This document shows, in pieces, positions 53,870 through 64,000 of a stretch of 64,000 bases of DNA (position 1 is the stretch's first letter; each line of letters starts with the position of its first letter). The stretch is from Spironucleus salmonicida. Its lineage: Eukaryota. The position numbers were made by a program, and so were the translations under genes. The notes beneath the pieces are model-generated. The model was not told the DNA's origin and did not search any database. It saw nothing but the letters and a program-made list of their open reading frames with translations. The stretch is taken from contig NC_090597.1 in assembly GCF_000497125.1 (NCBI RefSeq), forward strand, positions 693,797 to 757,796. The letters run 5' to 3'.

Positions 53870-54745
53870 ATTATTTTTGCTGGGGAATACACAAATAGTG
53901 AAAATAAATACATTGTTAACACTTACTGCCCAGCTAACGCTACAGAAGTAGTAGATTGCATTGCATGCGAAGGCGGTAAAATATCTTCCGGTCAAGGCTG
54001 TAATTGTGTAGTAGATGCACCAACATCAACTTGTGCATTATCTACTGCGGATAAATGTTTCAAATGCTTAGATGGAAATCTCTTAACTTCTGATCCAAAA
54101 TTTTTAGTATCTGATGGAAATTGCGCTACCTGCTACTCTGCAGCAAAACAATATACCTCCTACAAAGAGGGTTTTGTTTTCCATATAAGTGCTGAGAATT
54201 GTTAAACATCAGGTTCTGAGTTAAAAGATTACTCAAAGTGTAATCTTTGGTATTGCGACCTATGTGCCAAACATTGCAAGCCTTGCGCCCCTAGCTGTTC
54301 AATGTGCATATCTGCTGAATTTTGCATCGTATGCAGAACAACTGATAACAACAATGTTCTAACTATCGATGGAAAATGCACTAAATAGTGTAATAATATT
54401 CAAGCTAGTGAATATTGTCTTAATGGCGTTACAACAACATGTGTTGTTGAAGCTACTTCTGAATGTGCATGTAACAATTAAAAGGGATGCGCTACCTGTA
54501 ACAAAGAGATATCTGGATGTGATTTATGTCTAGCTGGATATATCAAGGCTAGTGATGACAAATGCACAGACTGTGCTAAAGGCTATGAAAAATTTGGTGA
54601 ACTATGTATATCTTAATCTATACTTCCTGGTGCCAACAAATTAAGTGGTGGTGCAATAACTGGTATAGTAATAGGTGGTTTGGTCGTAGTAAGTGCTGTT
54701 GGTGGTGGATTAGCTTATTACTTCATAAGGAAAGCAAAGAAGTGA
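53870..54745 (+). pseudogene. Chimeric CRMP1-type gene with an open frame but no ATG (ATT at the start position)
   Basis: 5' part matches 5377-6243 and 3' part matches 4132-5007. The 876-nt frame is open to [12 protein letters not shown]. No in-frame ATG after the TGA at 53765. Confidence 0.78.
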
Positions 54746-55166
54746 TGTAACAAATAAATTTAAAACCTAGTAAAATAAAAATTACTATATGTAGTTTTAC
54801 TACTCCAGGTTTCTTCGAATCTACTATTTTTCTTAAAATTTTATGATAAAAGCATTTAGATTATTAAAACAATAGTTGGGAGTTCCATCCAACATGGTAA
54901 TTCTGCAATATTTGGAAATAGAAATTAAAAAAAAACACATTGCTATAAAAATTATTACATGATCAAGCAACCCGCACCCACCCGCGATCTCTTTAGAGAT
55001 TGGGGGCGGGGTTGGTCGCCCCAGCACCGAATTTTAGTTAATTAGCATCATCGCCCAAACCCAAATCCAAACCCAATATATATATATATATATATCAAAA
55101 AATAGGAAAGAATGTAACCCAAAAAAAATACATTATGTAATACATATTTTTTTAACATATACAAAA

Positions 55167-56019
55167 ATGGAATTCAATTACAACAGGATCTTAACAGAGA
55201 ATATAAATGCAGTAAAGAGAAATCTTTACATCCCATAATTATCAAATATGAAATCAAATCAATATAAATTATAACTTTATCAACTTGAAATTCTTAATTA
55301 AAAATAAATAGAATAGCAAAAGATAATTTATCAAATGATCATGTTAAAATAGTAAAATAATAATCAAATAAATCAAATCGATTAAAACACAATAACATGC
55401 CAATAATATTAATTTGGATAAATACAATGAACTCGAAAGATCATTCAAACATATGAATATTATATAAAACGAAATAAATAACGCAATCTAAAAATAATAA
55501 AGTAGTAAGCACCCAGTATAAACCCCGGAAAGTAGTATAACTCATTTTCAAAATTTCAAAAGTTAAGTCAGAAAATCAACAAGACAAAAGAAATTATAGA
55601 AAGACAAGAAATACATTCCAAGCATTTAGGAAGACCAGAACAAAGAAGAGAATATAAAGGAACGGCCACACAAAGCATAGAGAACATTATAAAATAAACA
55701 AAGAAAATCGAAAGATACAACTATATCAAAATTATTATGTCCAAAGAAAAGATACCAATTTTTTTACTTATAACAAATGAACCTCAACTATAATTTGATT
55801 CTCAACAAAACAATAGAATCGGCATAAAATAGACTTGGCGCTATTGTGTATCCATAAAATGATAAATATAAAAAGATTCTTAAAGGGGTTTAAACGCTAT
55901 AATCAAAACTAAACAAAATATATATGTATAGCTTATCTGAAGGTCGAACTAAGAGCTAAAGAAATAAAACAACGAATATATAGAACCAATTTCAAAAAGA
56001 TGGATTATAATTAATTTGA
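55167..56019 (+). pseudogene. Frameshifted copy of the Lys/Asn-rich ORF upstream of pPolB
   Basis: MEFNYNRILTENINAVKRNL..., single-base indels relative to 2843-3697 (first at ~55365). Confidence 0.5.
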
Positions 56020-59000
56020 AATACCTTACGATTGTATAAATATATTAGACAATCAAGTGAAAACCAATATACAAAAGATTAAAAACGAAACATATAGATT
56101 CGACAACCAATTCATTAAGTAAAGATGGTACACCGAAAAGGTTAGTTAACTAAGAGCTTAAAATATTAAATATGAATAAATGAAATCATAACGTAAAACA
56201 AGAATTCAAAAAGGATTAGAACCTAGAATGTTAAATAAGCTTAATAATGAAATAGATAAGATATCAAAGTTACAAGGTATAGCAGAAATAGAAGAATTCA
56301 AAATTAATTATGATAAATATACTAACGAAAACGATACCATACTTGAGACCATAAGGAAGGATTTCAAATTGGATCAGATGGATTTAAAATACATTAACTC
56401 CTTTGAAGACTTTTAAAATAAATTTAACAGTAAGATTCACTTTGAAATCATAACGGATGCACCTTATATGGGTCTATATTACGGCAAGTCTAATTATTAA
56501 GACACATATGCGTTTGCAAATATTAGATATATTAAATAAAACGGTAACATCATTCCTATAGGATTCATAATTTAAAATTAGATGTCAAGTCTATTAGAAT
56601 CAATATTTGAAGAAGTAATGGACAATGGAGAGAAGTATTTTAATAGAGATGTTAGCAGTACAGATATAATGCTTTTTTAAAATATTGGTGTCATAAACGT
56701 ATATGTCCTTTTTCTTGAATAAATAGTATTAAAAATATTTAAAGATAAGGATGAGTTTTATGTATCAGAAGTAGATTCTTAATATGCCGAAGGTTATTAA
56801 ATAGGATTGGTATGTAGGAATGTAGGTAACGGGTATTAATAAAACGCAACAGTAGAGTAAAAATTTAAAGGGCCTATATTCTTTGTCAAAAATAATGACC
56901 ACAACTGTCTATACGCGGCCATCATCGCAACATTCACCAAGAAATCAAAAACAGTTGATAAGAAACATATCTTTTAGTTAGGAGCGAAACCATATGCAAT
57001 GGCCACAATAGTATTTGATGCAGGTAAGGCTTTACAAACGTATTTAGATAAGCCCTTAGACAAAACTCAAGCTAGAAACTAATACTTATAATACTTTACG
57101 CATATGCTTATAAATGAAATCAACAAAGATGCAGAGGAGTTAGCAGATACAGAGATACTAATAAGAGCAGAAAGGTATTTGAATATTAAAATAAGAGTAA
57201 CAGAAGTTAATAAAGTAAATGACTTGTATCCAAATTCAGAAATGGAGCTTTTATTAGTTTTATGCAGTGGACATTACAATGTCATAATGGATTTTAAGCA
57301 ATGCATAAATACAATAAACCCAATGCACAAGGAATATATTTATTGCTATCAACACCAAAACCTATTCCATAAGAAGAACCAATGTTATGAATGTACACAA
57401 GCAGAAGAAGTGGCTACTAAGTATTATTGTACGTTTTGCAACTACAGTCATGTAAGATCACAAGACAACAAAAGTTATTAATGTTAAAACTGTAGAACAT
57501 AGCTCCATAACACACCCGATTGCAAATGCTTAGAATGACATTAAAAGAAATGCGAGACGTTTTCACCATGCAGTCATTGTAATACGACACACAACTCATC
57601 ACCCAAATGTAAAACGTAAATTGAATATGAAGGATAGTATTTCAAATAAGGAAACCTTTATGATGAATAGAAATCATTTCTAACTCAGGATATAGAAAGC
57701 CTATTCGAGAATCTAAATGAAGATGATGATAACTATTCAAAGTATTCAATGAAACACATCCCCTTTTCAGTAACATGGATTATAAACATATACGATAAGG
57801 AAATAAAACCATACGAAAAGATGGATCACTTTTATCATAACGAACTTAGATTAAAAGAACCAGGCAACTACATCATTTCAATAGACGAATTGCTAATCAA
57901 ATTTATAAGGCACATGGAACTAATAGCTAAGAAATATAAGATAAAAGACTTCTATGCACACAATGCATCAGGATATGACAACTACTTATTATTAGCAGTT
58001 ATAATGAAAGTAAAAGAGCAATTCGAATTCGAAACACTGATTACAAACAACAAGCTATTGAATTTGAAAATAAATGGAATGTCGTTTAAGGATTCGTTTA
58101 GACTCATAACTTCACCATTATCTAAACTAAATAAGGAATTGGCCCTTGGACTTGAAGTTCGAAAACAACTATAGTCATACACGTTTTTAACAAAAGATAT
58201 ATTTGATTTGTATATTTAAAACGGAGGGAGTCTTAAATCAATAAGTGAATTAGTAAAAGAAGGCATTCTATAACAGAAACACTTTGATAAGTTAAGCTTG
58301 GATGAGTTCAATTAATATGCTAACGACTATGATCACTTAGACTTCATTGATTAGTATATTAATTATTGTATTCAAGATAGCTCATTTTAAGCAAAGCTCT
58401 AGTGAAATGGGTAGAGGTATCACTAAAGGAATAGAGTGTCAACATCCTCAACTATTTAACAGCACCATCAATGCCAATGAACCTATTCACACACCACTGC
58501 AATATAAAAATATAAATAGGTTATCACGATCTAAAACATAACAAATCGAAATGCGAGTATCGCTTAGCCCATCTAACTTTGAATGATAGTGGAATGATAA
58601 ATAAACTTTTAGGAACCAAGTTTACCAAGATAACAAATGTACTCTACAATCAACGATTCTTAGATACAAGATACAATATTGATATAGTATTCCATGGTGA
58701 CACGGATGGCGCAACTAAGAAGTATGGATTAGAATTGAATGGAGTGTTCTATCATGGGTTAAAGGAATTAAAGCAAACATATAAGTATTATAAAGTAATG
58801 CAAGAAAGGAAGAGACAGCATCAAACGAAAGGATTACACTTAAAAGATAAAATAAATGAAGACTCATTTGAAGACATCTTTCATGTAACAGACGTTGAGT
58901 TTATTAAATTTGAATAGGACACCGATATCAAGATAGAGATGCCTCCATAATACAACATAAGCAATAGATTGATATTAGCAGGAGTAAGAACTGAATGCTA

Positions 59001-60600
59001 CACTCATTGTAGAGAAATCGATATACCAAACGAAAAGATGTACGGAATTGGCTTCACATCGCTTTACCCTTCAGGCATGGTATTTGGAAACTTACCTTTA
59101 AGAGATTTAATTGTTGGAACACATGCAGGAAGCTAAACCTATACTAAAAGTATTGATTCAAAAGATATAGCAAAGCATAAGTTTAAACTTGATTAGGCCT
59201 ATATTGATAACTTAATTGAATACATTAAGAGCATACCAAGGAAGATTACAGCAGAAGAAAGGCGTCAATACTATTTAGCTAGATGCGATAAGAAGTATAG
59301 AGTAATTTAAATCAAATGTTAGATGTTACCACCAAGGAATTTAAAGTTCTCAGTGTTAGGATGTCATATTTGGAACAAGGTATTGTTTCCCTTATGTAGA
59401 ACATGTGCAGAATAGCAATGTTTGAATGTTAACAATCATGATAAATGTAAGCACAAAGTCGAATAAAGATATCTTTATGGGTTTTGGCATGATATTGAAT
59501 TGATAAATGCTTTATACGAAGGTTATACGTTCAGGGAGATATGCAAGATACATACGTACTAAATAACAAGTTTTAATGATAAGAAATATGATGGAAATAA
59601 TTACATTAATTCATAGATGTTCAACAAGATATTGCACGCAGATCAAGATGGTTATAAGGATGAAGCTGTACTAAAGCAATTAGCAAATGATTGTAAGTTT
59701 GATTATAAGTATGATAATGGCATAGCATATATAAAACAGAAAGGATAGTAGGATTATAGATCAATAAAGTTAAACCTGGGAGGTAAATCGTTCTATAAGC
59801 TGTTATTAAATGCAATATATAGTAAAACAGGTCAAAACGTGGTAAGACCCACAACATAATTTCATTAAGGAGAGTTCATATTTGAACAGTGGGATAAGGA
59901 GCTACACAATAATTGCACAGTTTAACTGGTGGGAAAAAATATATTTAAGAATACATTTAATTATGAAGAGCAGTTGCAACAAACATAAAGATCTTAATCA
60001 AACGTATCATTCGCAGGAGCGATAATATCCGTATAAAGAACACTGTTATACACATTAATGAGATATATAAACGATGAATTGAAAGAATTGGTTTTATATG
60101 GAGATACAGATTCAATCTATTGTATACTGGATAGAGGAATGTATCCAAACTTGATATCTGTCACATTCAAGAATACGTACTCTTGCTAATACGAATAGAA
60201 GCTGGAACCGGAGTTATGGGTATGTCTAGGGGAATAAGTATATGCGTATACAGACGGAATCAGATGTGCTCATACATCAAAGGGTATCACAGTTGACAAG
60301 TAAGGAATTATGACATTGGAAGATCAATCATAAAAGCATTTATTTGAAGTATACATACACGTGTTATTTGATAAGATCAATATAGATAAAAATAGTAATG
60401 CATAATACCCAACTATCAGACGGTATAAGTAAAAGTAAAGCAAGAAATAAACTTCATAAGAGATTAGAAGGATTGTAGCATATATACAAACACAACATAT
60501 AAATCGATCAAAATGGACTCATAGAAACGATGTATTGATTTTAATTCAACACCGAATGAAATAGCTACATTATCATTTGGATATGTAAAAGAATGATTGA
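56000..60600 (+). pseudogene. Polinton/Maverick-type protein-primed DNA polymerase B (~1500 codons), inactivated
   Basis: Code 6 gives ExoI DIES, ExoII HNASGYD, ExoIII YCIQD, inserted YNIDIV...ELNGVFYHG, AGVRTECY, motif A GFTSLYP (59050), LFPLCRTCAEQQC...CKH...GFW...ELINALYEGY, motif B KLLLNAIYSKTGQ (59797), motif C YGDTDS (60097), KGIT and terminal KR...TLSFGY. Frameshifts at ~58380 and ~60500. Confidence 0.92.
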
Positions 60601-63600
60601 TATTTCCAGAGTTATATTTATTTAATATAGTAAAATGGGAAAGTTAACTTTTGGTTAAGTAATATAAAAAATAATATATAATTCTATAACAATGAGCATA
60701 AGATCTTGAGAGCAGATTAAAAATATGTAACCGATATCGTGGCGAGAGATAACTTAAACGCATAAGATTTATTAGTATTAATGAAAGAATATATGATTCA
60801 TCGGAAGAGATCAACACTAGGGCGTTTAGTACTAAAACTATTCTGTTATGAGAAATTATCCAAGTATTTTTTTTGTATTAATAAAATTGAATAGCATCGA
60901 ATTCAATTAATTCAATTGATACAAAAAATAAATAAAATAATTCAGTTAATTCAGATAACACAAATATAAAAATAAGGAAATTAAAGAAGAATTATGAATG
61001 TATAGATGAAATAAAACATAATAAAGAGAAATATAACCATACGTATAAAAATAAGAAATATTAATTAAGTAATATATGTAATTAAAAGAAACATAAACAA
61101 AAATGTTTGAGATAAGAATGAAAATAAATAGGTAATTTAATAATCAAAAATCCAAAGTATTGATACACTAACAGAATTATAAAATAGTTAAAAATAATTT
61201 AAATATGAATTCTTTTAAAAATTTGAAAGTTAATAACAACTCAAAAAAGAGCAAATCGTTGAAAAACCAATGTTAGAATCAGTTACAGATTAACATTAAC
61301 AAATAAAGGAACATCCAGATTTAATAAACTTCATTGACCACATGTTAAATGTTATAAGCAAGATTTAAGTGACTTACGAAAAATCAATTTTTTTTAATTA
61401 TTAAAATGAACATTGCAGATTAAATTAACAAAGGAGCAGATATCGCAACAGACGGAAGACATCTAGTTATTAATACATTAGGTCTAAAAGATCAAAATAA
61501 ACATAAATTAGGAAAGGTATTATACATGACAAACAGATTTACAAAATATTTACCATAACCAGAAACATTGCAAGAGACTAAAAAAAGTATAACCATAATA
61601 ACCATAAAAACCCGCAAAAAACATATCTCGTTCCTGCACAAAAGCATGAAATACGTTTTTGCGCAGTCAAAAAGCCTTAACTGAGCTGTTTCAACATTTA
61701 CATGATTTTTTGACCGTTTGAGAGTTGGTTGACAGCAAATACGCAGAACTACTAATGTGGAACGCACGATTGCAGTATTCACATGATATTGTCATGCAAA
61801 ATCTAGTTTAGGGTAGGGTAGAAACTCTTGAGGAATCGGTGAGAATGTGGCTTCAATTGTGTAGCTTGAGAGTTAGTATGGAGGCTGAAAATGGTATTTT
61901 GCAGGGTTTGATTTGAAAAATTGTTGTAACAGCCCTAAAAGGGTTCATGAGTCGTTAAATGTTAAATGGTCTTGTAGTAAAAATATTACTTGGGGCTGAG
62001 TGGTAAAATTATGATAAAATAGTAGTAGATGCAATTATTAGGTGTAAAAGGGAATAAGATATCCTTATATTCAGTTTTACCATTTCATAGTGGTTAAAAT
62101 GGTTCTAGCCAACTTATTCACGCGATTTTAGTTTTAGACTATTCTAGGGCGTTAAATCAGTAAGTTTTTACTGCAGTATGGCCATTTGCCTCTAAATATT
62201 TTACTTTTATAAAATCCATACAGCAACGAAAACTAAGCACTTTGTAACAACATTATACAGATATTCTAATTATTAATTTGTATTTACGTAAATTTATCTA
62301 ATTTTGTTTTTATTTTATTCTCATCACGCAACATATTTTGTATATAATTTATCTACTCTTTAATGTTAAACGACAAGTTTTTGTAATGTTAGTTATGTTA
62401 AATGCTTCGGTTGGTGGATACATAGTACTTTCGTTGGATCTTCATTCCTTACGATTAACTATTAAGATGTGTACCAATAGTCATAATTTTGGTAAAATAC
62501 TTGATATTTACCATTGATTTTTAAACTATCCGTTCCAAAATAAGCTATATCTTATCAGTTAATTGCATTTATTATCCACTCTTTAATAGCTCCACCCGAA
62601 GGAGTTACAGTTTATTCTTCTGTGGAACCCTTTGTGTGACTGGATGATACTGTAATTCCATTTTAGACTATATATTAGCACTGAAAATATTTTAAAATAT
62701 TATTCTTTGATACCTGGTATACTATATACCAATATGTTGTATGACGAGATTATTATTAAATTTTGATGAAAATTAGTAGGAGCCATATACCACCATCAAG
62801 TGATGATAATATTTACTGCATCTTCTAGCTATATTAGTCTATGGGATGCGCATGTAACCGCTTGGGATAATCCTCCATCTTGCTAACACGTTTTCAGTCT
62901 ATATCTAACTCAAAGCAGAATAATTGCTGATATTCTAATACCAATTACGCACTACACATGATAGTTTAGGACTAATTTAATTCATACTGGGGTATTAAAC
63001 GAATATGAAATAATAAGTATATAAAATTAGCCTATCGTTGTCGCTCATTAATTACGAGTCTACCATCATCTCTAATATTTGCATTCTTTCATCAATTGAA
63101 AGAAGGTAGCAAACTTATGGACCTTCTGCTGCAATTATCTACATCATTATAATAACATTTTTCCTGGACGTGCTTCTTCCACACAAGAATCCCACCACAC
63201 CCATCCAAAAATATTCTATTTCAATGAGGTCACATATCAACAAAGTTCCATAACTATCCTATATTTGTCACACCAGCTACATGGCCTACCGGAACAGATA
63301 CAAATATAGCTATACCGACAAAATAAATGAATAGATGTGCAATTCGCTGAAAAGTGATACAATACTGACTGTACCGCAGTATATGCAAGATTATCTCGAA
63401 GAAGCGATAGTTGCAGAATTATCAGAATTTGTGTTTTTGCAGATTAAAATTTGGTTCCATTGGTGTCATTTTGGTTGCCGTCGGTGCCGGCAGCTTCAAA
63501 TGCGACGTGGACAGCATTTGGCCGCTGGTATTTCGTCTGCGTACGTTTCAATGATTTCACTTCAGGTTTTTGACATGATACCGCAGGGTGGAGGTTTTGC

Positions 63601-64000
63601 AGGTGTTATGTATATGATACTGATTGGGCGTTTTGATAATTTTCCTGGTTATCAGCTTTGCTTCAGTCAGTGCGACCAGACCTCGGAACGCGGTAAGAAA
63701 TTGCGCATGACTCTGCAAATGTAGTTAATGGGATATGCTTCAGGTGGCAATGGCATCGATAAGGCATCGCTGGATGTGTTTTTAGGTGTAGATGGGGTAA
63801 GTATATTTAACGGGCAGGTAAATAGCCGTGAAGGGCGTTACGTGAAAATAGGAACCGGGAGTTGAGCAGTTGTGTGTTTTTTGTTATCAGTGTTTGAGTG
63901 GGGTTTTGTGTGGAGTGTTTTTGTGGGCATACGGTGAACTGTGAAGTTTTTCTTGGAATGTTTTCCAGCGTTTTAGGCTTGGACGGGTTGGTAGTGATTT

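Larger units (their letters stand above)
32783..58861. repeat. Right arm of the giant imperfect inverted repeat
   Basis: Mirror-image ORF pairs throughout the ORF track and direct sequence comparison with 1-25385. About 46.0-49.5 kb has no counterpart in the left arm. Confidence 0.97.
54950..61560 (+). mobile_element. Remnant of a Polinton/Maverick-like (self-synthesising DNA transposon or endogenous virus) element; boundaries uncertain
   Basis: pPolB gene flanked by co-oriented, A-rich degenerate ORFs (55167-56019 and ~60635-61560) and a GC-rich hairpin segment at the inner edge. No integrase, ATPase, capsid, TIR pair or target-site duplication recognised. Confidence 0.6.

Noticed and set aside
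61700-64000. Possible capsid, integrase or other Polinton genes beyond the polymerase
   Set aside because: Coding-like fragments on the minus strand are broken by TGA in all frames I read, and no DDE, Walker A or protease motif was recognised.
1-64000. CRISPR arrays, rRNA, tRNA and prokaryotic operons
   Set aside because: None seen. The content is eukaryotic, and the repeated modules are CxxC coding repeats rather than repeat-spacer arrays.

Overview
AT-rich eukaryotic DNA that only reads correctly under genetic code 6 (TAA/TAG = Gln, TGA sole stop), so the supplied standard-code ORF track is fragmented. The gene content points to a hexamitid diplomonad, most likely Spironucleus salmonicida or a relative (inference). 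Supporting signs are intronless CxxC-rich membrane proteins ending [12 protein letters not shown], an archaeal-type ProRS, C-rich motifs before the ATG and AGTGA overlapping the stop codon. Most of the window is one giant imperfect inverted repeat (arms ~1-25385 and ~32783-58861, left arm running off the window) around a ~7.4 kb single-copy spacer. The spacer holds histone H2A, a Rab7-like GTPase, a Myb-like protein, a membrane protein and hypotheticals. From outside in, each arm carries a decayed Polinton/Maverick-type protein-primed DNA polymerase B gene, several cysteine-rich membrane protein (CRMP) genes and pseudogenes, ProRS with two small GC-rich genes, and a type-I membrane protein. 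Arm identity is a patchwork of near-identical blocks, strongly diverged or chimeric surface-protein genes and non-homologous stretches, suggesting gene conversion and recombination. All translations and alignments were done by eye; no database searches were run.
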